Assembly (NCBI GenBank): GCA_951406725.2
Contig: OX597843.1
Span: forward strand, 6,138,001 to 6,202,000
DNA from: Octopus vulgaris
Taxonomy: Eukaryota
DNA: 64,000 nucleotides
Direction of reading: 5' to 3'
The position numbers were made by a program, and so were the translations under genes. Of the stretch, positions 11,981 through 27,213 are shown piece by piece. The notes under the pieces were generated by a model. The model saw only the letters and a program-made list of their open reading frames with translations. It did no database searches and was not told where the DNA came from. Positions within the stretch are counted from its first letter, which is position 1, and the number at the start of each line of letters is the position of its first letter.

Positions 11981-12884
11981 TCGGTGTATGTATGCATGTG
12001 TGTGTGTGTATGTATATTACTTCCAAAGGTTAATTGCTTATGGTTATGTATATTTGTGTAAGTACTGTATATGAATGTGTATACACAAAAATAGATACAG
12101 CCACATAAACAGGATCTTTTCGGTTTGAACAGCAGTTTTTAAAATAATTTCCACTTTTAAACTTCGTCCGCTAAGTGGTCACTGGACGTGCTAGAAATAG
12201 CAGCCGAATATCTCGAATTACCATATTTTAACGTATATAAGGAACCCCCAAATTTTGGGAAAAAGGTTCTGTAAGAGATTATAATACTACGTTCTTTTCG
12301 GTTTGACCGGCAGTTTTTTTAAAAATAATTTCCTCGTAACTAAACACTTTTAAACTTCGTATCCTGGTAGAATGTGTTTATAAAACATCTTTTTCTCTTG
12401 GCTTTATTGAGAAAATTCTAGAGTTTGTAAGATATTTGTTGGGTTTTTTTTCTTCAATTTCAACCAATCAATGGCGTCTATTGAGGTGAATTCAATTTCT
12501 ATACATATACTTACATACATACAAGCACACATATATATAAACTACAATCTGAAAACAAAATCAAGAAATGCATACACACACATAATATTGTCATAGCAAC
12601 CGTTACACAAATATCTCTCTTTTACTTCTTTCAGTCATTTGACTGCGGCCATGCTGGAGCACCGCCTTTAGTCGAACAAATCGACCCCAGGACTTATTCT
12701 TTGTAAACCCAGTACTTATTCTATCGGTCTCTTTTGCCGAACCGCTAAGTGACGGGGACACAAACACGCTAGCATCGGTTGTCAAGCAATGCTAGGGGGA
12801 CAAACACAGAAACACACATATATACGACAGGCTTCTTTCAGTTTCCGTCTACTAAATCCACTCACAAGGCATTGGTGACGTTGA

Positions 12885-13120
12885 TATCATTGGCTGAAAT
12901 GGAAAAGCGGTAGTGACGTCAGGCGACCAGTGACCGAGCATGCGCCTGTAAAACATTCTTTTCTTCGGCGGTCGGAAACCTTCGGGGTTCGATCCCAGTC
13001 TCCCGTACCCACCGAGGGACCTAATTTTTTTCTGTTTGTCTGAATAAGGAACAAGTTGTCCTTTCTCTTCTTCTCTATCGATGTCCTGACACAGCCAAGA
13101 GGCATTTTCTCTAGGTGAGG
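12885..13120 (+). promoter_or_regulatory. candidate promoter and non-coding first exon of the downstream ZnF gene
   Basis: CpG-rich; reverse CCAAT (ATTGG), CRE TGACGTCA and NRF1-like GCATGCGC; donor-like CTAG|GTGAGG near 13114; retained in the inverted arm at about 24580-24780. Confidence 0.5.
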
Positions 13121-14689
13121 GGGCCTTAACATTATTATTCATCTCTTCCCAACGCAAGTTATTTTGGCGAGGAATAAAACATGTCCCGGGGCGATCCTTC
13201 GGTATAGGTACCGGAAAGTGGCTTTGTTTACATTTCTGAAGATAACAGAAACCCTTTTCTCCCACTCCCTTATATACTCTTTTACTTGTTTCAGTCATTT
13301 GACTGCGGCCATGCTGGAGCACCGCCTTTAATCGAGCAACTCGACCCCGGGACTTATTCTTTGTAAGCCCAGTACTTATTCCATCGATCTCTTTTTTCCG
13401 AACCGCTAAGTAACGGAGACATAAACACACCAGCATCGGTTGTCAAGCAATGCTAGGGGGACAAACACACACACGCATATATATGGTGAAATGCCTAGCA
13501 GTATTTCGTCTGTCGTTACGTTCTGAGTTCGAATTCCGCCGAGGTTGACTTTGTCTTTCATCCTTTCGGGGTCGATGTAATCGACTTAATCCGTTTGTCT
13601 GTCCTTGTTTGTCCCCTCTATGTTTAGCCCCTTGTGGGTAGTAAAGAAATATATACGACAGGCTTCTTTCAGTTTCCGTCTACCAAATCTATTCACAAGG
13701 CTTTGGTCGGCCCGAGGCTATAGTAGAAGACACTTTCCCAAGGTGCCACGCAGTGGGACTGAACCATGTGGTTGGTAAACAAGCTACTTACCACACAGCC
13801 ACTCCTGCGCCTATATATATAAAAAAAAAGCACTTTCTTGAAATGTATCCGGTACTTATACCGAAGTCACGCCCATCTTTTATTTGTTTCGGTTATTAGA
13901 TTGCGGTCATGCTGGTCCACCATCTTGGAGAAGTTTTAAGTTGAATAAATTGATCCTTTTACTTCTTTTTTTTAAAGCCTAGTATTTATTCTATCGCTCT
14001 CTTTGCTGAACTGCTAATCTTCAGGGACATAAACACACCAACACCGGTGGATAAGCGATAGTAAGACACACACATGTATATACGACGGGCTGAATCAAGT
14101 AGAAGATACACTGAACATCATTTCTATTCATTCAGCTACACGTATTTTTAAGAGTCCATCCTTGCCCCTCCTTTATAAAATACGAAGGATGTGGTGTAGT
14201 CTGGAGACTTCATTTAAAGTTGTACTAAGTAATATTGCTTTCAAATTTTGGCACAAGGCCAGCAATTTCGGTGGGGTGGGAGCTAGTTGATTAAACTGAC
14301 CCCTCCCCCTTCTGTTTTAAGTATCCCCTCTAGTTTACACTGTTTGTCTGCTATTTCAGAATCCCAGATGGTATGGTGTTAAAGGATATTTTTACCCTAA
14401 CCATTTTTCCAAGCTTAAAGGAAAATTTTACACAAAACAGACTTCCCCTTGTTTAAATATGTTTTTGGTAGAATTCCTGTGGAATATTTCTTCTGGCTGA
14501 GACTATTTGCAAAATTCCTCTACTTCTGTTCTATATATTTTAGGGAGAAGGAAATCTGTACCTTATTTACATTGGATGGATATGTGTCGACAAACAATAT
14601 GAGGACACGTATCTGTCCAATATAAATCATTTCTCTACTTCGCTGTCTGGAATATGTTGGATATTTTATTCTGATTACAAAGGAAAATT

Positions 14690-15445
<756 letters not shown>

Positions 15446-17079
15446 TGAATATCTACGAAAGTTTTGATATTTCATAGTAAGTCTAGATAATTACCGACAT
15501 ACTTTTTGTGAACAGCCCTTCTAGAGACAGGTTCTTTCTGGGCTTTCTTTCTTTCAAAATCAAACGCCATTACTAGAGATAGCATTCTAAAATCATGGGG
15601 GAAATATATTTGATACATGAAAAGAATTGTATGTCTTGCTTTTCTTCTGACAACCTGGACATTACTTCACCTTCAAGGGTACAAATCTATTATATAAAAT
15701 CCGTGTGTGTCTTCTAGGATCTCGGGCATCCTCCATCTGATTGCGCTCAAATTTGATATATAGATACCTATTTCTTTATTACCCACACGGGGACAGACAT
15801 AGGTATTAAGTCTATTCTTATCGACCCTGAAGTTGACCTCGGCGGAATTTGAACTCACAACGTAACGCAGATGAAATACCGCTAAGCATTTCGCCCGGCG
15901 TGCTAATGTTTCTGCCAGTCCGCCGCCTTTGATATATAGATACCAGGTGAGAATGCAATCGATAAAGCCGTTTTTGTCCTGCTTTTCTTCCGTCAACCTG
16001 TACATAGCTGCACCTTCCATTTTTTGTTGTTTTTGTACCGCTTAAAGGCACGTTTCTTTCCTTCTAAGCTTACTGGTTAATCCATGTTTGTGTTCTCCCA
16101 GTCAACAGCCTTATCCATTACTGGTACTTTAAACTCTTCGGTTGCATATTTGTGTGAATAAAATCGTTTTTCTTTGGAATATATAAAACAAAAGTCTATC
16201 TTTATTTCTTCTTTTGCTGGTGTCTCAAATTTAGGTTAAATCAGTGTTTCTCAAAGGGGAGGCCTATCGGACAAGTTGTTTTGAGAAAATTTGGTTTAAA
16301 TGTCTGGCAACCCAGCACTGTCCATTGGATGGAGGGGGGCGTTTTGCTCGTATATATATATGTTATAATTTAGAAGAAACAGTAAGAAGTTGTCATAGTA
16401 TTCGGAGTTTCAAATGTCAAAGCTAAGAGATATGATGCATTCTTGAATACTATAACAACCTTTCCCTGTTTGTTCTAAATTATAACATACATAAATATTC
16501 CTCTATTTATTGTTGTTACTTTTTAATATATATATATATAGAGAGAGAGGTGTGCATTCAAAGCAACGATTAGTAAATTTACAAAACCAGTATGCTCTTG
16601 AATCTCTTTAACAATTCACAATAATGACTTTTATTCCTACCCCAGTTCATGTAATTGTATATATATCGTTACTGTGCATTTTTTTTTCTTACTTCCCCTT
16701 ACATTTCCACGTGTAGTTTCTATAAATACTAGTAGTATCACTCGGGTTTGTTTCGACCCTTTAGAATTGGAATTCTTGAAAAGTAAAAATTTTGCATTAT
16801 GTAGCTTGTTATTCTCTTTAAGTGATCAGTTTTCTGGTTGAAATATACCAAAAAATGGTGACACAGCAGTCAAAAAATAGGGATTTTCACAGAAAAAACA
16901 GCACCTTTTTGATGTTAACATGGTCCGATATCAATTTTGTCTTCTATGGAAGGAAGAGCAAGCCTTCTTCTATCATACTCTGAATTTTGGTCAACTTGTG
17001 CCACAGGGTATATATTGTTATATTTCGGAATGGTCATTTTGCCAATAAAAACACACGCACTATATATTTGGTGTTACTA

Positions 17080-17915
17080 TTCAGGCTAGGTTTATTTTCT
17101 ATTATGTGTGTAGCTTCTGTAATTTGTCTAATTGTTGCATCTGATCTATGTGTGGACAATATTTTAATTTCTATGTTATTGGTTCAGCATGTTGGTACAG
17201 ATTCGGTGAGCTTTTACCTGCTCTCCTATGCTTCTTGCCGTTTCCCCTATGTATGTCGTTGTTTTGTAACTGCATCGTTCCTCTATAGACTACATTTCTG
17301 GCTTTACAGTTTGTTTGTGGGCTAAATCTACATACAGTATAGTACTTATCCGTACAGGGGACTCTACCTATTATAGGGTTGCCTGGCTTTTTAACAACCT
17401 TAATGCTTAGGTTTGTGTAGGATCCTTCTAAAGCGGTACGCTAGTTTATCCACAGGGGTGGTGTCAACGAACATGACACTCTGGTATTTATGGCAATCAT
17501 ACCAAGAGGTGGCCTTCCCCATTTTCTTTTTTGTCCTTTCTATAGAGTGGGCAATTCCTATCATCAAATTTCTTTATGGCTGAGAACTGCATGCAGTGAA
17601 TGAAATGTTATGTGTGTCTCTCTAACTCGCACGACACAGAGTTCGGTGTCTAGTACTGGTAGTCTATTGTGGCGTTAATACTCTGGTGGATGGAGTTGGC
17701 TATTTGCTCTCCATATTAATAGTTTCTATATCAACAGTACTCTCTTGTGGGGGTGCCTTTACCACTATTTTGATATCATCAACATAGCGATAGTAGATGT
17801 TCACTTTCTTTGCCTGATGGTCATTTGTGGGGGTCCGTCCGCGCCATATATATTTGCTGATCCCAGAAGACTGATGGGAGGAATGCTTGCAACAATCCAG
17901 ACTCTGCTAAAGGGA
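17080..17915 (-). mobile_element. Penelope-like element, degraded copy
   Basis: Paralogous to 29960-31190. Confidence 0.7.
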
Positions 17916-18886
17916 AAATTAATCAAGGTGGACATAGTAAATGTAAAAACAACAACACAATATTTCCTCTATATCTCTTTCATATATTTGTTTTATTCAT
18001 TTCAAAATCATTCAATCTGTCACATAGCATGTTTTAGTGGACAATGATGCTGTCAGTCTGCAATATCTTCTCCTCCACACTCAGGCACTAAAGAAATGGA
18101 ACAGTGGCAGAGATGAATTTCGATGGTAGTTATTTGTAGAAATGACTTGTGGGAGGTGTTAGAGAAATAGATCCAAAGACCAAGTATTCAGCAGTGAATC
18201 AAAGGCTAATTAACTAACATTATATAATAATTATGGCAGGGGATGAGCTGATTACATCAACCCCAGTTCTTGACTGGTACTTAATTTATTGAACTTAAAG
18301 ATGGACGAATTGACACTTCTGTCTGGTTCCCATCTTAATGATAATAATCCTTTGTAATATAGGTACAGGGCCTGAAATTTGGGGAGGGAGAGTTGATTAA
18401 ATCAACCCTAGTGTTTCATTAGTACTTAATTTGGTGGTATTGGAACACCACTGAGCATTTTGTCTGTTAGCTTGTCGCTTTTTTGATGATAACAACTTAT
18501 AAGGAATATTTTGCAAAGAGAATTAAGGACAAACAATCATTATAGGATGATGTGAGGTAGAAAATGTGCCGTGTGTGTCTTTGAAGACATGTAGAAGTTT
18601 ATGCACCTTTCATCAACAACCCAGCCCTGTACTACAAATGTCTTGTCTTCAAGAGTTCCGAGTATAAAATCTTCCACTAAGCTTTAGTCACCATTTGTGT
18701 TCCTGACACTAGCTGAAATTCTTTGCTATATTTGAAATAAACACAGTGCATCTTAAACCTTCTAAGATATATATTAGAGAAGTAATTGTTAACCCTTTTG
18801 ATACCACCTGTGGCTCAGTAGTACAAGTGTCTTGTTTTGAATTAAAATCATAGATACATGGAAATTTTAAAGTGTGTGTGTATGTA

Positions 18887-19336
18887 TTAGGCTGTCAAGA
18901 AAGTTCTTGAGGAATTTTTGACTTTGTTTATCGTTTTCGAATAGTGAGGCCATTTTTTTTTATTCCAGTTAGGCCAAGAAACAGCTCGCGATCTCAACAA
19001 TGCGTTTGGCCCGATTTCCACCACACGACTTGAATAATAACCAAAACAAAATGCTGTTTTGAAGTGTTGTCTTCCCTTCTTTTATGTAACAAGAATGACC
19101 GGATTGTGACAGTCAGCTCAGTGGTTGGATGCTGACGAAGGTCCCGGTCTCATGCACCACAGCCTTTTGGAGAAGTACTGTCAGCAAATGGATGAATTGC
19201 ATTAGAAACTCTGACAACAACAGCCAGCATTGGTCAATAGAAAGGGACCATGGCAAAACTGTGGTGTTTATTTCTAAAGTTTTGTGTGCATCTGAATTTA
19301 AAGGTTCAAAATCACAAGAACTTTCTTGACAACCTT
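18887..19336 (+). mobile_element. Tc1/mariner relic
   Basis: TIRs TTAGGCTGTCAAGAAAGTTCTTG / CAAGAACTTTCTTGACAAC following TA; paralog of 32372-32978. Confidence 0.8.
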
Positions 19337-20059
19337 GTTTGTATTTGGTTTGCAAGATTATTTGTGTGTTGAAGCGTACTTTATGGTCTGGCAAGTGTTT
19401 TCTACTATAGCCTTGTGTGTGTATATATATGTTTACGTCCCGGTAACTTAGCGTTTTGGCAAAAGAGACCAATAGAATAAGTTCTGGGGTCGACTAAACA
19501 CGGTGCTCCAGCATAGTCAAAGAGATTTAGCTATTTATACATTTGGGATTTTTATAAATGAATATATGTATTTGAGTGTGATCATTAACTATGTTCCTCT
19601 TGCATTGCCTTCATACAGAATTTGGGGCACTAAAATTCCTGTCTGTATTTTATAATATATAAATGTATTTCTGTATATATATATGTTCATATACAGACTA
19701 GTGCACTATTAAGCTAGCAGCACAAAGTCATGAAACATGTCTGTAATACAATGATGTTCTTACCTGTTATATGGGAATTTAAATTGTTTTTATAAATGTT
19801 GCTACAAGTTATGGATGATTTTTTTTTTTAATGACTTCATTGCTGAATAAACGAATACAGACTTGGACATTGCTTAGAAAGTATATGGTTTACCTTTTAA
19901 AACACCTGCTGCTGTCTACCTTATAACAAGGATCATACTGACTGGGAGTGCCTTTGTATACGTCTCTCCCTTGCAGGGTTTAAACATCTCTGACATATAT
20001 TATTATTATAAAATGTAATACACTGGTTATCCCCGCAGATGGCAATATGTGGCCAAGCA

Positions 20060-20703
20060 GTGTTTACTCAACAAGAGATGTGTTTTACCAGGATTTAAAT
20101 CTCTAGTCAACACATTTGAAATTCTTCCCTGCCTTGTTCCTCCTCGACTTTGAAATCCGCAGAAGTGACTATCGGCGCCTCTTCGTCACCCTGCTCGCTG
20201 TCAACATCCCGACGGTCGTGTAGCTCTTTCCTCGGCTGTCATTGATATCCGCCTCTTCTGTCCTGTGTTTGTTTGCATTAAAACCTGGCACGACACCACT
20301 TATCAGTAAGAGTGCTGAATACTTGAAAGAATATGGTGAAGGGATCTTTAAACAGTTCTGTTTTTTACCTGAGAATCGCTGCCCCTGTTTTCTTTCGTGT
20401 TCACTTCTTATCAAATGCGATTGGTTCATTTTATTTGATACAGTTTCTCTCATTTTTGTTGTAGGTATTGCTGTTGTTCTCGTCGAAGTCAACAAACTTT
20501 GGTCAGGTTCCAGAGAGTCGCGGCTCGGAAGATTTGAATTTGTTAGCGAATTGCGAAGAACCCCAGTATAAAACTGGTCAGGCGCTGTTGAGACGATCAC
20601 AAAAGCTTCCATATTATCTTCAGAAAGTTTTACAGCATCCTTCACAAAAGAAGGAATTTGTCAGTGGAATGAGTCCAGCCGATGCAATGGTTTCGCTTGT
20701 CTG
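20060..20703 (-). pseudogene. deletion-riddled copy of the large orphan exon at 34049-35275
   Basis: Shares KDAVKLSED.MEAFVIVSTAPDQF and NKMNQSHLIRSEHERKQGQ; keeps the acceptor TAATTACAG but has many internal deletions and frameshifts. Confidence 0.85.
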
Positions 20704-22453
20704 TAATTAAATAAAAATGAATAAAAGAATTTTATTGATATAAAAAAAATGTTGATGAAATTATTGTATCCAGTGCTCAGGTGCGTATAGAACATATGTA
20801 GAGCAGTGCTTTTCAAACTTATTGCGGGAGCGGAACCCCTGTGCAATAAGTTAATAGTCTTATGCACAGCTGAATTGAAAATTACTGCCGATTTTAGCAG
20901 TGTTGTAACTTCCTGCGGAACCCTGGTTGAAGACCCACTGATATAGGAGAAGAAGGTCAATACAGTAAAATTTATAGCACCACTGCTGAGGTCAGTAGTG
21001 TGGTAAAGATAAGACTACTGAATGTAGAGCCTAAATACATAAACAATTACAGTAGGAACATTAGGTATGATAAAAAAGAACTTCAGACAGAGACTAGCAC
21101 TGCACACATCCTACGCAAAACACGATGAGCTTCGCTCAGTAGTATAGTGGAAGCACGCTATAAGGCTACTGAATAATAGTTTTAAATAAGGTGGGTGAGG
21201 TTACTATGTCAGACAATGATTAGCATCATTTCTTCCAATTTTACATTCGGAGTTCAAATTCTACCGAGGTCGTCTTTACCCTTCTCCCAGAATTGCTGGC
21301 CTTGTACCATAATTTGAAACCGGTAATTTTATTGGGGGAAAGTCGGTTATGTTGACCCTAGAACAAGGAAAGGAAAGGAAACTCAAACTTATCCAAAATG
21401 CCAACAGTTCTGCCTTGATGATGAGAATAATAATCTATTTCTTTATTGCCCACAGGGGACATACAAAGAAATTAAGTTGATTACGTCGACCTCTGCGGAA
21501 TTTGATGACTGGCATCTGTGCTTGTGGAGTGCGATCGTTACTAGTGGCACCATTTGAGCATTGCCAATGGCACATAAAAGCGCCCACTACATTTTCAGAG
21601 TGGTGGGCATCCAGCTGTAGAAACGACAGGGTCTAGTCAATTACATCAACCCCAGCGTTTCACTGGTATTCATTTTCATCAACTCTGTAAGGATAAAATG
21701 CAAAGTCAACCTCAGCAGTCTCTGAACTTGCTGCCTTAATAATAATTAATTCGTTTATTGGCTACAAGGGCTTATTTAAGATTACATTAAGACAATAATA
21801 TTGTTATAATCCTTTCTACTCTAGGTACAAGGCCTGGATTTTATGGTGAGTGGGACAGTCAATAACATCAACCCCAGCACTTAATTTATGAATGGCTGAA
21901 ATTGGACATAAAGGCAGACGAAATACCATTTCGCCTGGTGCGTTATCGATTCTGCCAGCTTGCTGCTATAATAATGACTTCTACTCTAAGCACAAGGCCC
22001 TGAAAATTTTGGGGGATAATTCGACCCCACTGGTACTTTATTTATCACCCCCGAAGTGATGAAAGCCATAAAAAAAACCTGCCAAAACAACAGTGGAACT
22101 TGGGGCAGTTCTCTGACTTGCCAAGTGTGTGTGTATATATATAGGAGTGGTAAGTAGCTTGTTTACCAACAACAAGGTTCAGTCCCACTGCGTGGCACCT
22201 TGCGCAAGTGTCTTCTACTATAGCCTTGTGATTGGATTTGCTAGATGGAAACTGAAAGAAGCCCATCGCATATATATGTGTTTATGTCCCCGTCACTTAG
22301 CGGTTCGGCAAAAGAGACCGATAGAATAAGTACTGGGCTTACAAAGAATAAGTCCCAGGGTAGTGGCGCTCCAGCATGACCGAGACAAGTAAGAGTATAT
22401 AGGTTTTGGGTAAGTATTACTAAATGTCTATTTATGATGTTAGTTCTTTGTAA

Positions 22454-22892
22454 ATGTTCATAGGAGAGCGGGTAAGTGAGCATTGGAGACAACTCAAGGA
22501 AGGTAAAAGCTCATCGATTCTGTACCAACACGGGGGATCGGTCAACAACATAGAACTCAAAATATTGTCCACAGATGCAACAGTCAGACAAATTACAGAA
22601 GCTACACACATAATAGAAGATGAACCTAGCCTGGAATGGAACACTAGCACCCACCACAACATATGATGGTAGAGGATCCCCACAAACTGCTTACAATATA
22701 AACAAATATATAATTTTTTTTTTGATTTATTATTACTAGTATTGTTGTTATACACACGGATGTAAACACACGAACGGGAGATATAAGCATGCGCAAATGA
22801 AGAAATACAAAATGGCTGACGGTTAGTAAGGAGAGACACAAATAAGAAAACAAAGGACCACTGATGCGGTCACAGGAGTGTGACGAAAGAAC
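22454..22892 (+). mobile_element. Penelope-like GIY-YIG endonuclease C-terminal fragment plus 3' region with a partial hammerhead
   Basis: IGERVSEH..SSILYQH..KILST..RQITEATHI..DEPSL; CTGATGCG-GTCAC-AGGAGT-GTGAC-GAAAGAAC at 22861-22892. Confidence 0.7.
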
Positions 22893-23466
22893 CAAATATA
22901 TAGTGCGTATGTTTTTATTGGCAAAATGACCATTCCGAAATATAGCAATATATACCCTGTGGCACAAGTTGGCCAAAATTGAGAGTATGATAGAAGGCTT
23001 GCTCTACCTTCCATAGGAGAAAAAAATTCATATCGGACCATGTTAACATCAAAAAGGTGCTTTTTTTTTCTATTAAAAATTCCTATTTTTTGACTGCTGT
23101 GTCGCCATTTCTCAGTGTATTTCAACCAGAAAAATGTTCACTTAAAGAGAATAACAAGCTACATGAGGCAAAATTTTTACTTTTCAAAAATACCAATTCT
23201 AAAGGGTGGAAACAAACCCGAGCAATACTACTAGTATATACAGAAAATTGAAACTACATGTGGAAATGTAAGGGGAAGAAAATGCACAGTAACAATAGAT
23301 ATATACAATTAGATGACGTTTGATTTATAAAGAAAAAAAACCTGTCTCTAGAAGGGCTGTTCACAAAAAGTACGTCAGTAATTATCTAGACTTACAATGA
23401 AATATCAAAACTTTCACAGATATTCATTGTTATACAAAGTGTTTCATCCAATGACTTCTGATATCG

Positions 23467-23780
23467 TTATTCTCCTGTATGATTGGATATGTGTGCAGCC
23501 AATTGTGCTTTTTGAGAGAATGATATATCACACTGATAGGGCTTTTCCCCTGTATGAATACGTTTGTGCCTAGATAAGGTACCTCCATCGGAGAAGGATT
23601 TTCCACAGGCATCACAGTGATATTGTTTCTCTCCTGAGTGAGTGTGTTTAACCAAGGAATTGCTTCGAGAGAAGAATTTAGCACAAATGTTACATCGATA
23701 CGGCTTTTCACCTGTATGGAGGTGTTTGTGACTGTTAACAGAGAATGATTTACTACAGATCTCACAGTGATACGTGTAGC
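23467..23780 (-). pseudogene. truncated C2H2-ZnF paralog of the 14690 gene
   Basis: Shares FSRSNSLVKHTHSGEKQY and [13 protein letters not shown]; 5' part lost, fingers fused or deleted. Confidence 0.85.
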
Positions 23781-24861
23781 TGAATGAATAGAAATAATGT
23801 TCAGTGTGTCTCCTACTTGATTCAGCCCGTCGTATATACATGTGTGTGTGTCTTACTATCGCTTGTCAACCGGTGTTGGTGTGTTTACGTCACTGAGGCT
23901 TAGCAGTTCAGCAAAGAGAGCGATAGAATAAATACTAGGCTTTAAAAAAAAGAAGTAAAAGGATCAATTTATTCAACTTAAAACTTCTCCAAGATGGTGG
24001 ACCAGCATGACCGCAATCTAATACCCGAAACAAATAAAAGATGGGCGTGACTTCGGTATAGGTACCGGATACATTTCAAGAAAGTGTGTTTTTTTTTTAT
24101 ATACATATTTAGGCGCAGGAGTGGCTGTGTGGTAAGTAGCTTGTTTACCAACCACATGATTCCGGGTTCAGTCCCAGTGCGTGGCACCTTGGGCAAGTGT
24201 CTTCTACCAGAGCCCTGTGAGTGGATTTGGTAGACGGAAACTGAAAGAAGCCCGTCGTATATGTGTGTTTGTCCCTCTAGCATTGCTTGACAACCGATGC
24301 TGGTGTGTGTACGTCCCCGTAACTTAGCGGTTCGGAAAAAAGAGACCGATTAAAGGCGATGCTCCAGCATGGCCGCAGTCAAATGACTGAAACAAGTGAA
24401 TAAGGGTGGGAGAAAAGGGTTTCTGTTATCTTCAGAAATGTAAACAAAGCCACTTTCCGGTACCTATACCGAAGGATCGCCAATAGAGGAATTATAAAAT
24501 GCGAATTTCATGCTTTGGAGTGTAGGATCTTTATAAAATGGGGAAAGAAACCGGGACAGGTTCTTGAATAACAATGCGATGGCCTCACCTAGTAAAAATG
24601 CCTCCTGGCTGTGTCAGGACATCAACAGAGAAAGGACAACTTGTTCCTTATTGAAAAAATCAGGTCCCTCGGTGGGTACGGGAGGCTAGGATCGAAGGAA
24701 AGAATGGTTTTTCAGGCGCAGGCTCGGTCACTGGTCGCCTGACGTCACTACCGCTTTTCCATTTCAGCCAATGATATCGATGTCTGTGTAAACGGTTGCT
24801 ATGACAATATTGTGTGTGTTGATGTGCATGTATGTATATTTGTGTATGTATTTCTTCATTT

Positions 24862-25176
24862 GGCAACGTTTCGTTTGTAGTAGCACACGTTTCCGTAAAA
24901 TACTTATATTTTTTTACATATGGCTTTGCGGGAATATTTGAAGTAATGAGAGCGAAAGAGACTAAGAGGAAGCGATTTTATGACGAGGGAATTTCTTTTT
25001 GAAGTCCCCGTGTGTGTGTTTGATGGGGTGTGGGAGACAGACAGTATGTTGTGTAAGTGAAGTGCTTCTGTTAGTGTGTGTGAAGAGACAGAATAATGTG
25101 TGAAAGAGAGAGATAACTGGAATGTTTTACGGACGAATTCTACGGAAACGTGTGCTACTACAAACGAAACATTGCC
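24862..25176. mobile_element. MITE with ~36-bp TIRs, Merlin-like
   Basis: GGCAACGTTTCGTTTGTAGTAGCACACGTTTCCGTA with its inverse at 25141-25176; 8-bp TSD CTTCATTT/CTTGATTT; empty site in the other arm at about 12558-12565. Confidence 0.8.
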
Positions 25177-27213
25177 CTTGATTTTGTTTTCAGTTTGTTT
25201 GTATGTATGTATAGAAATTGAATTCACCTCAATAGACGTCATTGATTGGTTGAAATTGAAGAAGAAAAACCCAACAAATATCTTACAAACTCTAGAATTT
25301 TCTCAATAAAGCCAAGAGAAAAAGATGTTTTATAAACACATTCTACCAGTATACGAAGTTTAAAAGTGTTTAGTTACGAGGAAATTATTTTTAAAAACTG
25401 TCGGTCAAACCGAAAAGAACGTAGTATTATAATCTCTTACAGAACCTTTTTCTCAAATTTGAAGCCCCCAAAATTTGGGGGTTCCTTATATACGTTAAAA
25501 TAGGGTAATTCGAGATATTCGGCTGCTATTTCTAGCACGTGCAGTGACCACTTAGCGGCTATATCGTTGCCTTGTTGCTGTCAATTATAGAATTTTCTCA
25601 ATAAAGCCAAGAGAAAAAGATGTTTTATTTTGACACATTCTACCACTCTTTAAGTGAACATTTTTCTGGTTAATGTATGACGACACAGCAGGCAAAAAAT
25701 AGGGATTTTCAAAGGAAAAAACCCCACCTTTTTATGTAAATAGTTTTTGGTGTTAACATGGTCCGATTTGAATTTTTTCTTCTACGGAAGGAAGAGCAAG
25801 CCTTCTTCTATCATACTCTCAATTTTGGTCAACTTGTGCCACAGGGTCTCGGAGGAGATAGTGTTAGTTGAAGGCTGCCATACACAGACAACTTCAGCTT
25901 TATATAGAGAGAGATTAAGTTGTGAAATTTTAACCTAAAAACCATGAGTTTATTAAAGTTACAATGGGTGTTATTCTGGCTCTTATGGGACAGACATGTC
26001 GTGTTAATGTTTAGATAAATTTTAATCCACCAAGATATACACGTACAGGTAGTTATAAATATCCAGACACACGTGTAGGTTCCTTATGGGTGCTTCAATT
26101 AGTATTTAGAATGAATGAATAGAGATTATTGCTATGAAGTAACACCCCAATGATAAACTGGTATAATCGGATATTTATACATACACCTCCACATATTCAT
26201 ATAAATAAACCTTATTAGTGTATATATATACCAGTGGTTTTCAACCAGGGTTCCGCCAGTACAGTCCAGGGGTTCCGCAAGAAGTTACAAAACTGCTAAA
26301 ATCGACAGTAATTTTTAATTCTCCTGAGCAGATATGTGTGCATAAGACTATTAAATTATTGCACAGGGGTTCCTCGAGCCAGTGGAATGTTTCCTTGGGG
26401 TTCCGCTCCAGCAAAAAGTTTGAAAAGCACTGATACACACACATATGTCCACATCCGTGGACATGTTTACAAAGTCAGAAAACAGCACAGCTCCTTCCAT
26501 GACTTTCGCAAACATTTTTTTACGCTAAGACTTGCTGAAGCATGGAACAATCTGCCGGCATCAGTTGTCGGAGCACTGCATCCTTCAAAACTTCCTGAGA
26601 TTCGCCAACACTACACCTGATTTTCTCCTCCCCTCCATACACAAGCAAGCATCTATCTGACTCGTACACTGTTTACTTCCCAGACATTTCTACACCACTG
26701 CAGATGCTTTATACGAACTTTGGACAAGTTGTGGGGCACCTGTTCACTGTATACAATCATTTCATTAATATTATATATATGGGTATGTATGCGCAATAAA
26801 ACGTAATGGCCTTACCTCGTAACTTTCCGTCGGGAGTCCTCGTTAGGTTGCCCATTGACAACCAAATATACATATATATTTTCCTTTCTTCACTATTTGT
26901 TAAACTCTCTGGCTCCGTCTCTGCCACCTGACATCAATACAAGACAGACTTCTACTTAAAAACATAATTAAAAGGTAAAGTTCCATGAGGGTGTACCAAA
27001 CACGAAGTTCTGCGAGCAACAGACTTCCTTCCAATAAATGTTTGTTTCAGTTTCCGGCACTGTCCCTGACGTCACTTCCTCTTAGTCATTATCGATTTGG
27101 GGGTCGTTTCAGTTTTCGGCACTGTCCCTGGCGTCACTTCCTCTTAGTCATTATCGATTTGGGGGTGGATAAACTGGGTCAGATTAAACTAGGTCAAATG
27201 CAAAAGGGGATCG

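Larger units (their letters stand above)
16947..22418 (+). repeat. first copy of a direct segmental duplication (partner 29551-38967), more deleted
   Basis: Same order in both copies: Penelope fragment, mariner relic, orphan exon, hAT MITE, R4 tail, SINEs. Confidence 0.92.
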
